Shown: one piece after another, positions 9,575 to 18,635 of the stretch
Layout of the letters: every line of letters begins with the position of its first letter
Position numbering within the stretch: the first letter of the stretch is position 1
Origin: an uncultured Methanosarcinales archaeon
GTDB lineage: Archaea > Nanobdellota > Nanobdellia > Woesearchaeales > GW2011-AR9
DNA length: 64,000 bases
Direction of reading: 5' to 3'
NCBI GenBank assembly: GCA_964344285.1
Contig: CAYFMM010000004.1
Span: 43,347 to 107,346, forward strand
Notes under the pieces: generated by a model
What the model was told of the DNA's origin: nothing
The model's database searches: none
What the model saw: only the letters and a program-made list of their open reading frames with translations
Position numbers and translations under genes: made by a program

Positions 9575-10672
9575 TTATCTTTCCTTAGTCTCTAAAACAG
9601 AATTTTCAAACACAAAACCAACACGCAAAAATTTCTCTGTAACATAGATGTTGCTCTCTGTGTGCTTACTCAATTTACTCGCCTTAATCTTTGAACCAAC
9701 AAGTAATCCCATATATACCACAAGTTGATCCTCTAAAAACTCGTCAACTACCTCTTCTTGCTCAATTCTCTCACGTAACTGATGTGCAGCCTCCTGACCA
9801 ATTATTTCTGACTTTTTTCCTAGTTCTAACAATGCGTCTGCTCCTAAAATCGTTGGGTTATCAAAACTCATTTTTCCATCAACATCACTAAACATTGCCC
9901 ATAGTACAACTTCTCCTCCATTGCAAGAACTATTACTATACTCTGTCCTAATCATTATTGGCACATCTAAGTTAAGTAAACTTCCCTTAGCAGCTTTTGC
10001 AACTCGCTGTGCAATTTCTTTTTCTAACAAACTCTGTGAAACATTCACTACTCCCTTGATTTGTTGTAATTCTCCTCTCTTAGTCAAATTAATTAGTGCA
10101 CATTTATATCTTAATTCTTCACAAAATTCCCCTAAAGAACCATATTCTGTAATGTGAAACCTAGGTGTTACCTCAACAACAACTTCTCCTTGTCCTTTTG
10201 GAAAATAGCCTCGGCGAATTACCTTTAATTCTACTTTTTCTACAAACCTTTTCAAATGTGGGAATAATACATTTTGAATATAATCTACTGATGCCTGCCA
10301 TTTCCCACAAGTTCCTCCCGTAACCTGCAATGTAACTTTTCCAGGAGCAAACATACATACAGGGAGCACTGCTTGTAAAAATAGTGAAATACTTCCAGCA
10401 GTGCCAATATCAAAATTAAACTTTCCTCGCTTAATCTTTCCTGGGATAAAATGAACGTACTCACTTCCCAATGCAACCTCGTTTGTCTTTGCCCTGCAAA
10501 TCTCTTTTAATGCCTTAATTGCCGTAAGGTGCTGCGCCTTTAATCCTGGTTTTTCTCTGCCTGCTCGAATATTTCGGATTTTACATTCCTCGCCTGTTAA
10601 TGCAGAAAGAGCTAAAGCAGTTCTCACTAAGGCTCCTCCTCCCTCACCATAATTACCATCAATTTCTATCAT
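9575..10672 (-). CDS. rtcA: RNA 3'-terminal phosphate cyclase RtcA
   Basis: 'GEGGGALVRTALALSALTG', 'HLTAIKAL' and 'DIGTAGSISLFLQAVLP' match the RtcA family. 365 aa. Confidence 0.85.
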   Translation of the reverse strand: MIEIDGNYGEGGGALVRTALALSALTGEECKIRNIRAGREKPGLKAQHLTAIKALKEICRAKTNEVALGSEYVHFIPGKIKRGKFNFDIGTAGSISLFLQAVLPVCMFAPGKVTLQVTGGTCGKWQASVDYIQNVLFPHLKRFVEKVELKVIRRGYFPKGQGEVVVEVTPRFHITEYGSLGEFCEELRYKCALINLTKRGELQQIKGVVNVSQSLLEKEIAQRVAKAAKGSLLNLDVPIMIRTEYSNSSCNGGEVVLWAMFSDVDGKMSFDNPTILGADALLELGKKSEIIGQEAAHQLRERIEQEEVVDEFLEDQLVVYMGLLVGSKIKASKLSKHTESNIYVTEKFLRVGFVFENSVLETKER

Positions 10673-10724
10673 AGTTTTTGATTTTGGTCAGAATGTTATT
10701 AAAGTTTTGTTTCCTTAAGGTAAT

Positions 10725-11111
10725 ATGAAACAATGGCCAAATACTAAACTCTTGTCTTTGATCTGTGCAGGACTCCTTGCTGCGGGTGCTACGCTAGCGC
10801 ATTTATCGCGACTGTCATATGATGTCTCTAGGGACTTTAATGGTCAGATTGATAACTGCTATGTGCAACGTTTTCAAGAAGGTTCTGGGGCTAAAGATGA
10901 TCCAGTGTATGAAGAAATAACTGTGACATGTCCAGATAAAACAATGATTTTTTATGATGATAAACCATTTGGTTCTTTAGATGAAATAAAAACTGCAACA
11001 ACATCAAACGCCACATACGATAGAAGGACTGGAAGGTCAATAATGCAAAAACAACACGAACTCTTTCAAGCTTACTCAAACACAATTAACTCAAAATTAG
11101 GTTTACAATAA
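10725..11111 (+). CDS. small secreted hypothetical protein
   Basis: Signal peptide 'LLSLICAGLLAAGATLA'. No known domain. Confidence 0.45.
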   Translation: MKQWPNTKLLSLICAGLLAAGATLAHLSRLSYDVSRDFNGQIDNCYVQRFQEGSGAKDDPVYEEITVTCPDKTMIFYDDKPFGSLDEIKTATTSNATYDRRTGRSIMQKQHELFQAYSNTINSKLGLQ

Positions 11112-11675
11112 ATGCCCCATTTTTTCTTTTTTTGTTTCTAAATATTTGTGATTATGCTCTGTAACTGTTGTTATTAGTTCTTCTCTGACTACACTAATCT
11201 CCGCTTGTTCAATCACTTTTCTTTTTTCTGGATTATTTGTTAATAACCTAATTGATTTAACTCCCATCTGATTTAATATTTCTGCTGCAATTGTAAAATC
11301 ACGTTCATCTTCTTTAAACCCTAAATCAATATTTGCCTCGATTGTATCTTTTCCCTCTTCTTGTAACTTATACGCTTTGATCTTATTTAATAATCCAATG
11401 CCCCTTCCTTCTTGTCGTAAATAAAGCACAATCCCCTCTTTTGCTGCACTGATCTTTTCTAATGCCTTTTCCAATTGTGCACGGCAATCACAGCGCAAAG
11501 AACCAAATACGTCTCCGGTCAAACACTCAGAATGAATCCTTGTAAGCACATGTTCTTTTCCAGAAACCTCTCCTTTTACTAATGCAATATGTTCTTTTTT
11601 GCCATCTGAAAAACAATAAATCTTAAACTCTCCAAACGTACTTGGAAGGCTTGCATTTGCCCGCTTTAAAATCAT
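11103..11675 (-). CDS. ribA: GTP cyclohydrolase II (RibA)
   Basis: 'RIHSECLTGDVFGSLRCDCRAQL' (zinc-binding Cys triad) and 'YLRQEGRGIGLLNKIKAYKLQEEGKDTIEAN' are the classic RibA signatures. Confidence 0.85.
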   Translation of the reverse strand: MILKRANASLPSTFGEFKIYCFSDGKKEHIALVKGEVSGKEHVLTRIHSECLTGDVFGSLRCDCRAQLEKALEKISAAKEGIVLYLRQEGRGIGLLNKIKAYKLQEEGKDTIEANIDLGFKEDERDFTIAAEILNQMGVKSIRLLTNNPEKRKVIEQAEISVVREELITTVTEHNHKYLETKKEKMGHLL

Positions 11676-11718
11676 CTCTTTGCAAGAAGCAGGTTGCTTT
11701 ATATTAATTATGTACGAA

Positions 11719-11733
11719 AAGGTTATAAATCAC
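11719..11733 (+). promoter_or_regulatory. archaeal TATA box (GGTTATAAAT) with purine-rich BRE, about 26 nt upstream of the candidate RNA 5' end
   Basis: 'cgaaaaggttataaatcac' sits at archaeal promoter spacing from 11752/11753. Confidence 0.45.
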
Positions 11734-11752
11734 GTTCTTTCTCAACTTTCTT

Positions 11753-11971
11753 GTGGGGACGTAGTATAAATTCACTCGCTCTTTGCGATGATGTACATCC
11801 TGGCTAGAAGTGGTCTTTAAGGCTGCTAGTCAAAATGGTCGGCTCCAGTCATGGAGCGCTGAGGCGCATGCCAATGAAGTTCGCGGTTGAAACCGACAGA
11901 TCTGGGAAGTAACATTATTGTTGCTCAGAAATTCGAAAGGTTTTCTACCACGAAAGTCCCAGCGTCCCCAC
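11753..11971 (+). ncRNA. candidate novel structured RNA (~219 nt), family unassigned
   Basis: GC-rich island with no ORF of 60 aa or more on either strand. A 9-bp terminal helix GUGGGGACG/CGUCCCCAC brackets it. Internal hairpins include GCUCCA-GUCA-UGGAGC, CUGGGA...UCCCAG, AGUAACA-UUAU-UGUUGCU and UGGCUAG...CUAGUCA. A T-tract UUUUUU follows immediately at 11972-11977 and a TATA box lies 26 nt upstream. Confidence 0.5.
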
Positions 11972-11993
11972 TTTTTTCACTTCTGAGATGTTT

Positions 11994-12635
11994 TTAATTC
12001 TTTGTTCTAATCTCTTTAAACCTTGTAATGTGCTTTTGATTTTTTGGATTTACTCTCCTGAAGAATGCATCAACCTCTTTTTGTCTACAAAGATAAAATT
12101 TCCAATACATTGTATTTTTGTCTTTATTTACTCCTCTTTCTATTTTTGTAGGGCTAAATCCTAGTTTTTCAAGAGCATCATGGAGAGAAGAAATAAGCCC
12201 AATTGATCCAAACTTAAAGTGGATCTGTGCATATCTGTCATATTTTCTATAAACGCATCCATCGGTGTCAAAAAGACCCCTAATCGCTTTAATTACATAT
12301 CTCTCTTTTAAGAAAATCCAAAGAGGAATCTCAACCTCATTGGCTACCTTATTGCCGGGCTTTAATCCTAATTCAACTAATATTTCTCCTATTTTAACAC
12401 TGCCATTTCTTAATAAATTAGCATTGCCTAAATTAGTTATACAAAATTTATAACTAAATTCTTCTTCAAATAATTTTTTCACATAATGTAGGTAATCTTG
12501 TTCCTTTTTATCTAGACAAACTGCAACTTGATACTTGTTGCTCCTTTTCTCTTTGTACAGACAACCATCACCTAGCATGATTCCAACAATCTCAGCTAAA
12601 TTTTCATTAAATTCCATTTTATATTCTCTTTTCAC
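11994..12635 (-). CDS. free-standing LAGLIDADG family endonuclease (two-motif, single chain)
   Basis: Two LAGLIDADG motifs, 'LAEIVGIMLGDGCL' and 'IRGLFDTDGCV', in a 213-aa protein. It is not embedded in an intron or an intein. Confidence 0.7.
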   Translation of the reverse strand: MKREYKMEFNENLAEIVGIMLGDGCLYKEKRSNKYQVAVCLDKKEQDYLHYVKKLFEEEFSYKFCITNLGNANLLRNGSVKIGEILVELGLKPGNKVANEVEIPLWIFLKERYVIKAIRGLFDTDGCVYRKYDRYAQIHFKFGSIGLISSLHDALEKLGFSPTKIERGVNKDKNTMYWKFYLCRQKEVDAFFRRVNPKNQKHITRFKEIRTKN

Positions 12636-12718
12636 TCTGAATAATAAAGAGAAAATAAACTTAATCTAATGGTTAATAAATTCTAGCTGAACTTGACCAG
12701 TGGGTAGTGGATATATTT

Positions 12719-13162
12719 TTATTTTATCTCTACACTATCTCTTACTTCTAACCCAACTCTTTTCACTTCTCCAGCATTTAACTCTAATACATACAATGCT
12801 TCTGTGTCTAAACTTCCATACACTGGACAAGGATCTTCTTCACATGGTTGTACGTTCTGTAAGATTTCAACAACCCTGTATTCCGCATTAATCCAAATAA
12901 TATCTAATGGGATTAATGTATTTTTCATCCAGAATTGATGCGCTTTAGATTCTTCAAACACAAAAAGCATCCCCGAATTTCTTGCCAAATGATCTCGATA
13001 CATCAATCCTTGCTGCCTTTCCTCCGGTGTCTCTGCTAATTCTACATCGTAACATTGATCTCTAATACAAACTTCTTGCTTAGATTCAGTAAATACTAAC
13101 ACAAGAAAAACTGCCAACAAAATCATTCCTACAACAATTACAAATTGCCACTTTCCTTTCAT
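12719..13162 (-). CDS. DUF192 (COG1430) family protein, membrane-anchored
   Basis: 'QQGLMYRDHLARNSGMLFVFEESKAHQFWMKNTLIPLDIIWINAEYRVVEI' matches the DUF192 signature. The start was moved to the internal Met (MKGKWQF) to avoid overlap with the divergent permease gene. Confidence 0.65.
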   Translation of the reverse strand: MKGKWQFVIVVGMILLAVFLVLVFTESKQEVCIRDQCYDVELAETPEERQQGLMYRDHLARNSGMLFVFEESKAHQFWMKNTLIPLDIIWINAEYRVVEILQNVQPCEEDPCPVYGSLDTEALYVLELNAGEVKRVGLEVRDSVEIK

Positions 13163-13238
13163 ATCCTTAGGATTTTCTACCTCTATATTAATGCTACGTA
13201 TCCAAACAATTATAAACCCAATTTTATTTCTAAAAATC

Positions 13239-14432
13239 ATGTACAAAAAAAGAGGCACTCCTTATGTTCCAACCGGGATTGGCAAACGTAAACTTCTTGT
13301 TGCAACAACAATGCTTGTTGGTACAATCGTTGGAGCAGGAATTTTAGGAATCCCCTATGTTATTGCAAAAGCAGGATTTCTCTATGGCTTAGGTCTTATT
13401 GTGGCACTAGGTGTAGTTATTCTCTTTGTAAATCTCTTTATGGGTGAAGTAGTATTAAGAACAAAAAAGCAACACCAACTTACCGGGTATGCTGAGAAAT
13501 ATCTTGGTAAATGGGGCAAGCGAATTATGCTCTTTTCAATGCTTATCTCTCTTTATGGAGCACTCACTGCATATCTTATTGGAGAAGGACAAACACTTTT
13601 TTCTATCTTTAAATTTGGATCTCCTCTGCTCTATTCGCTTGTCTTTTTTATTATCACATCAATAATTATATATTCTGGAATCAAAGCGACAGGAAAAGCT
13701 GAGCTATATCTTATCCTTCTTCTAACATTAGTTGTTGCAGCTATCGGAATTTTCTCCTTTGACAAAATTCAATTTTCTAATTTTTCCGCATTTAATCCAG
13801 CCTATCTTTTCCTCCCATATGGTGTTGTTCTCTTTGCCTACCTTGGAGCTCCTGCAATTCCAGAGATGCAAGAAGAAATTGGTAAACACAAAAAACTCAT
13901 GAAAAAAGCAATTGTCTTTGGCTCTATTGCGCCGGTTGTTTTATACCTTATTTTTACAATTATTATTGTCGGTGTAATTGGCTTACCTAACTTTGAATTA
14001 CTTGCTCCAAATGAGAGGATTGCAACAGTCGCATTAAGTATGTACTCTCATCCTCTACTTGGTCTTCTTGCTAACTTTCTAGCGGTCCTTGCGATGTTTA
14101 CTTCATATTTAACTATTGGGATGGCATTATTTCAAATGTATCATTACGATTTTTCTATTACTAAAACTACCTCTTTATCCTTGATTTCTCTGCCTCTCAT
14201 TATAGTTTTATTTGACATCACTTCTTTTATTGCCGTAGTTGGCGCAACGGGTGCAATTGCTGGGGGCTTGGAAGGAATTCTTATCGTCTTAATGTATTGG
14301 AAATCTAAACTACTTGGTGATAGAAAACCAGAATACCAATTACCAAAACACAAGCTTATTGGAACTATCATTATCCTGGTATTCCTACTAGGTGTGCTAC
14401 AACAACTTTTTGCAAAATTCTTTTTCTCCTAG
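13239..14432 (+). CDS. amino acid permease (APC/AAAP-type transporter)
   Basis: About 11 TM helices. The N-terminal 'LLVATTMLVGTIVGAGILGIPYVIAKAG' is typical of amino-acid transporter families. Start placed at MYKKRG. Confidence 0.7.
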   Translation: MYKKRGTPYVPTGIGKRKLLVATTMLVGTIVGAGILGIPYVIAKAGFLYGLGLIVALGVVILFVNLFMGEVVLRTKKQHQLTGYAEKYLGKWGKRIMLFSMLISLYGALTAYLIGEGQTLFSIFKFGSPLLYSLVFFIITSIIIYSGIKATGKAELYLILLLTLVVAAIGIFSFDKIQFSNFSAFNPAYLFLPYGVVLFAYLGAPAIPEMQEEIGKHKKLMKKAIVFGSIAPVVLYLIFTIIIVGVIGLPNFELLAPNERIATVALSMYSHPLLGLLANFLAVLAMFTSYLTIGMALFQMYHYDFSITKTTSLSLISLPLIIVLFDITSFIAVVGATGAIAGGLEGILIVLMYWKSKLLGDRKPEYQLPKHKLIGTIIILVFLLGVLQQLFAKFFFS

Positions 14433-14467
14433 TAAAATTTATAAATTAGCCACTAAAAAGTAGTATA

Positions 14468-16039
14468 ATGATTAACTCTTACAAAGAAGCGAGAGCTGCA
14501 TTATCAGAACCTGCACAAATGGTGTATGATGCATTACAAGCTATTTATCAAACTGATTTGGATCCTTCTAATTTAGCTCTTGCTGCAAACTCTATTGGCT
14601 CTGGATTGGCTAGCGCAGCGAATCTTGAAGCTGATTTTTTAGATGTTAAAAGAGAGGAGAATGGTATTAGTGATTATGGCACTCTTGTTCAAAAAGCACT
14701 TGGTCCTCTAAAATCTAGTCCGTTAAAAGATGAATTAGCGACTCAAGATGGGAAAACACTTGAAGAAATAGGTCACAGCCTTGGAATCGGCGCTACTGTC
14801 CTTTCTAGTGATTCATACGAAAAAGTTGTAGCTGCTCAAAAGGATGTTTCTTCTTTAGCAAACTTAGATGATTATGATGGATTAGTTCATACACTTGAGA
14901 ATCTTATTGGTACGTACAATCAAAAGGCAAGAGAATATGGTGAAATGGTGCGTAAGGGGATGGATAAAAGAGAACAATTGGAGAGTACCTTAAGGGAACA
15001 AGAGGCAGAACATCAAACTACGCTTGGAGAAAAAGATGCGTATGCTGAACAACTAAGATCTACTGTTAAAACTTTAAAAGGAGAAAAAGGAGACTTGGAA
15101 CAAAGTCTTACTGATGAGAAATCTGCGTATCAAAGATTAACTGCTCAAAAAAAAGGGTTAGAAAAAGAACTTGCTCAAACAGAAAAAGAATATGAATCTC
15201 TTCAACGTGAAAATGGAAATAAAGATAAAACTATTGAGCAATTAACTGAAAGGTTGGGTAAATATGAAGCTGAAACTGGAAAAAGTTCTGGAATTGGATT
15301 TGCAGGCAAATATCTTGCTGCTCAAAGAAGAGTTAAACAATTAGAAAAAGAAATAGATGGATACATAGCAGATCAAGACGTTGATGTAGATGCATTAACA
15401 GCAAAAAAAGATGAATTAGCAAAAAGAGTTGGAGAATTAGAAGCGTCATTAAAACAATATAAACAAGGAACTCAGCTTGTGCGTAGAGAGTCTAAAAAAT
15501 CTCTTCCAGGTTGGTTTGTGGACCATGCTCCAACAGCTTTACTAACAGCTAGCCTTGTTCTTGCAACTGGTGCTGGAATTTCATTATGTCTTGATGGTAC
15601 ATCTCTCAAAGATGATGTTTCTCCAGACACTTCTACTCAATGTCAGGATGTAGGTATCCCTCCCAATTTAGTTGTATATAGTACAATGGATAGGAATTTC
15701 ACAGTACCTCAATTAATTGAAGATAGAGATTTAGGGTGGGAGCGTTATGAAGATTTGCAAAAAAGTTCTTCTGAGTTTGAAGGTACAGTTAAAAGTAACT
15801 TGACTGGAAAAAATGGCTTAGATTCTTTAAACTCATTCCTTTCAGAAAATGGGTATACTGCAGTAGTTTCTAAAGAAACATGTGATGCAAAAGTACAGGA
15901 AGCTAAAGCTGCAAAAATATGTCCTACAGAAACTAAAATCATAAAACCAAAAATTCCTACTCACAAATTTGAAAGGGTGTGTAACCAATTTGTGGATGGT
16001 GAAATCTCTGCTAAGCGAGCAGTAAAAAAATTACAATAA
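14468..16039 (+). CDS. coiled-coil membrane protein (N-in, single TM, Cys-containing extracellular C-domain)
   Basis: About 330 aa of heptad-rich E/K/Q/L sequence, then the TM 'TALLTASLVLATGAGISLCL', then a C-terminal domain carrying several Cys. First gene of a 5-gene co-directional surface cluster. Confidence 0.5.
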   Translation: MINSYKEARAALSEPAQMVYDALQAIYQTDLDPSNLALAANSIGSGLASAANLEADFLDVKREENGISDYGTLVQKALGPLKSSPLKDELATQDGKTLEEIGHSLGIGATVLSSDSYEKVVAAQKDVSSLANLDDYDGLVHTLENLIGTYNQKAREYGEMVRKGMDKREQLESTLREQEAEHQTTLGEKDAYAEQLRSTVKTLKGEKGDLEQSLTDEKSAYQRLTAQKKGLEKELAQTEKEYESLQRENGNKDKTIEQLTERLGKYEAETGKSSGIGFAGKYLAAQRRVKQLEKEIDGYIADQDVDVDALTAKKDELAKRVGELEASLKQYKQGTQLVRRESKKSLPGWFVDHAPTALLTASLVLATGAGISLCLDGTSLKDDVSPDTSTQCQDVGIPPNLVVYSTMDRNFTVPQLIEDRDLGWERYEDLQKSSSEFEGTVKSNLTGKNGLDSLNSFLSENGYTAVVSKETCDAKVQEAKAAKICPTETKIIKPKIPTHKFERVCNQFVDGEISAKRAVKKLQ

Positions 16040-16052
16040 TGGAGAAATAAAA

Positions 16053-16928
16053 ATGGCAAATGAAAAACCAACTTACGAAGAATTAGAACTGAAGTGTGAA
16101 TCACAAAAAGCAGATCTTGAGGCAAAAGATGAACTAATCTTTCAAGCTGTAAATGGGCGTCTTACTGATGAAGCACTAAATAAATTAGATCCGCAACAAG
16201 TAAATTTAGCTGTTATGGGAGATAATCGGAATCTTAGGACTTTGGTGGCTTTAGGTTACCAAAAAATGGCAACCTATGCAGCAGAAGCAAGAGCCGACGC
16301 AATTGAAATTAAATCTTTACAAAATTCTCGTAGGAACTGGAGGGCAGGAACTGTTCTAGCACTTCTTTTAGGGGCAGCTGGCGGTGTTGCAGGCAATGCT
16401 TATGTTGCGAATCATTTTGGAGTGAAAGCTAAACCAATTCCTGTTGTTGCATATTCTCCTGACGCTTCACAACCGCAAGATGCTGGCGCAGCAGATGCAG
16501 GAGATTATATCGCTCGCTCCGACTTAGAAGCGGAATGTAGAAGTGCTGGATTTTCCAAAAAATCTTCTAAAAAACCAAAAACAAAATCGTGTGAAGATCA
16601 GGGTTATATTGCCAAAGAAGATGCGGACGCTAAGTATGTTGAAGCAACCCTGGCTGCAAACAAAAAGGCTCAAGATAGATCTGAAGCTGGTTTTAAAGAT
16701 GGAAAAGAGAGTGTTGATTGTACTCACTCAGCTGTTTATAGGAACGTAAAATCACAACTTACTGCTTGTCTTGACAATGGTAAACCTACTTATGCTCCAA
16801 GTCCTGATGCAATTTTTAAAATTTCGAATAGAAAATTAGACGGGATTTGTGGTGACTACATCGATATGAGGGCTGACTTGCCAACTACTCAAGACCGCCT
16901 TGCACCGCATTGTAAGTTAAGAGAATAG
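16053..16928 (+). CDS. type II membrane protein with Cys-containing extracellular domain
   Basis: Cytoplasmic N-terminus, TM 'GTVLALLLGAAGGVAGNAYVA', and a C-terminal domain with 7 Cys. Has an SD-like GGAG and lies 14 nt after the previous gene. Confidence 0.5.
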   Translation: MANEKPTYEELELKCESQKADLEAKDELIFQAVNGRLTDEALNKLDPQQVNLAVMGDNRNLRTLVALGYQKMATYAAEARADAIEIKSLQNSRRNWRAGTVLALLLGAAGGVAGNAYVANHFGVKAKPIPVVAYSPDASQPQDAGAADAGDYIARSDLEAECRSAGFSKKSSKKPKTKSCEDQGYIAKEDADAKYVEATLAANKKAQDRSEAGFKDGKESVDCTHSAVYRNVKSQLTACLDNGKPTYAPSPDAIFKISNRKLDGICGDYIDMRADLPTTQDRLAPHCKLRE

Positions 16929-17042
16929 TTTTGTATTACTCTAAAGTAAGTAATATTTGCAAAAGATTTATAAAAGAGTGTTTACTTGAGAGTAGTACTT
17001 AGAATCAAGACTATACTAAAACCGTTACAAGGGGGAAACAAA

Positions 17043-18635
17043 ATGTCAATAACATCATCTTTAGAGACCGTGATTGGTAAAGCAAAAAAAGCAGTAGTGG
17101 TTGCTGGAACAGCTCTAATGGGTTACATGCCAACATCTGCATTAGCTCAAGATTACATTACTTTAACAGAAACTTCAACACCAACAGCTCAAATGGATTC
17201 TGTGAGTGTAACAGCTCCAGGTGTTTGGGAAAGATTAGCAACTCATCTAAGGGCACACAAGGATGAATCTGCCGAGAATGAAACATTATACAATGCAGTT
17301 CAAGAATGTGTTGACGGCGGTATTTCAGATAACTTAGCTGAGGTTACTTCTGGAGAAGCAGCTTGTTATGGAAGAATTGATGCTAATCCTAATGATAAAG
17401 GTGTTTCTATCGATTTACAAAAAGGAATTAGAGGGGGAAGAACAAAAGTAATTAATGTTCAAAACCCAGCAGCACCAGCAGGATCTAAGGATCTTTTTCC
17501 AGTAGAGACATTAGGTCTTGAATCAACTGTGTATTCTCATTCAGATTTAAAAGCTGGATTTAGCAAACCAGCTCCAGTTGTAGAAGGTCCTGAACCAACA
17601 AAAACAACTGAATTAAAATATTGGGCTTTACAAAAAGATGGCCAGACAATTTATGTTCAAGGTCCAGACAAACCAAGTGATTTGAATAGTTCCCTTCCTA
17701 GCTTAGCTGGAACTCTTTTAGCTAATCTTGTAACTCAAGCTTATCCAGCAGATACAGCTTCTGTGGCTGAATCAAGAAAAAAAATCTTAGAAGCACAAGG
17801 ATTTGATCCTGTTGAAGTTGCTTCTTATAGTGTAACTGAAATGCCAAGTGGCTTATTGGTTGCAAGAGCTGACGGTGGATTGGGCCTTTCATTAAAAAAG
17901 GATTGTACTGAGCGATTAAAAAATATTCCTGTTTGCGTGGATTCAAGAGAACTACTTTCAGTGACAGCTGGTACTTCAACGCAGGCACATAGTTCTGTTA
18001 CTGGCTATGGCACATTAAAAAAAGTTGATCCTATCAAACGTGTTTCTGCACAAGGAGCTACAGTAGAAGCAAACGGAGGATTCTATCATATTAACGGCAC
18101 CACCTCTGGTATGGCTGGTGCAACTGTCCTTTATGCAATTCCTGTTGAAGTTAACGGAAGAAAAATGTCTGTTGGTGTACAGGGATTGGGCTTTTTACCT
18201 GGTTCTTCATCCTCAACAACTCTAGTAGGACAAAGAGATGGAGAAATCAGAAGACAAGAGACATATCAGGTTGATGATACAAATACTACAGGAGGAGCTG
18301 CTCTACTTGTTGGAAGAGTTCCTCTTTCAGACTACCTTAGCATTACAGCAGGAGCAGGAGCCTTAGTTCATGGTTCTGATACAAATTTTCGATTAGAAAC
18401 AGCTGTGTATAAACGGGCCGATGGCTCAGTGAATGATCAATTCAGCGAAACACTTCCAGGAAGCAGTAATCGCAATGTTACTCCAATAGGTAGACTTGGA
18501 GGAGTTTTCTTTCCAACTGATACATTGGGTGTAACTCTAGATGGATATGTTTCAGGAACTAATGGATTTGACGGTGTAGCTGGTGGAGCTAGTGTAGGAC
18601 TAGTTTTTGTACCTTATAGGGAGGCAAAACAATGA
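17043..18635 (+). CDS. secreted Gly/Thr/Ser-rich beta-type surface protein
   Basis: GGGGG Shine-Dalgarno 6 nt upstream of MSITSS. Signal-like 'VVVAGTALMGYMPTSALAQ'. Composition suggests beta-rich extracellular protein. Confidence 0.5.
   Translation: MSITSSLETVIGKAKKAVVVAGTALMGYMPTSALAQDYITLTETSTPTAQMDSVSVTAPGVWERLATHLRAHKDESAENETLYNAVQECVDGGISDNLAEVTSGEAACYGRIDANPNDKGVSIDLQKGIRGGRTKVINVQNPAAPAGSKDLFPVETLGLESTVYSHSDLKAGFSKPAPVVEGPEPTKTTELKYWALQKDGQTIYVQGPDKPSDLNSSLPSLAGTLLANLVTQAYPADTASVAESRKKILEAQGFDPVEVASYSVTEMPSGLLVARADGGLGLSLKKDCTERLKNIPVCVDSRELLSVTAGTSTQAHSSVTGYGTLKKVDPIKRVSAQGATVEANGGFYHINGTTSGMAGATVLYAIPVEVNGRKMSVGVQGLGFLPGSSSSTTLVGQRDGEIRRQETYQVDDTNTTGGAALLVGRVPLSDYLSITAGAGALVHGSDTNFRLETAVYKRADGSVNDQFSETLPGSSNRNVTPIGRLGGVFFPTDTLGVTLDGYVSGTNGFDGVAGGASVGLVFVPYREAKQ

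Noticed and set aside
11753-11971. Assignment of the candidate RNA to RNase P RNA or SRP RNA
   Set aside because: GAAAGUCC occurs, but at the 3' side just before the closing helix rather than in the 5' P4 strand. There is no ACAGAANCCGGCUUA partner. The SRP helix-8 GGAA/AGCAGC motif is absent. It is left unassigned rather than forced.
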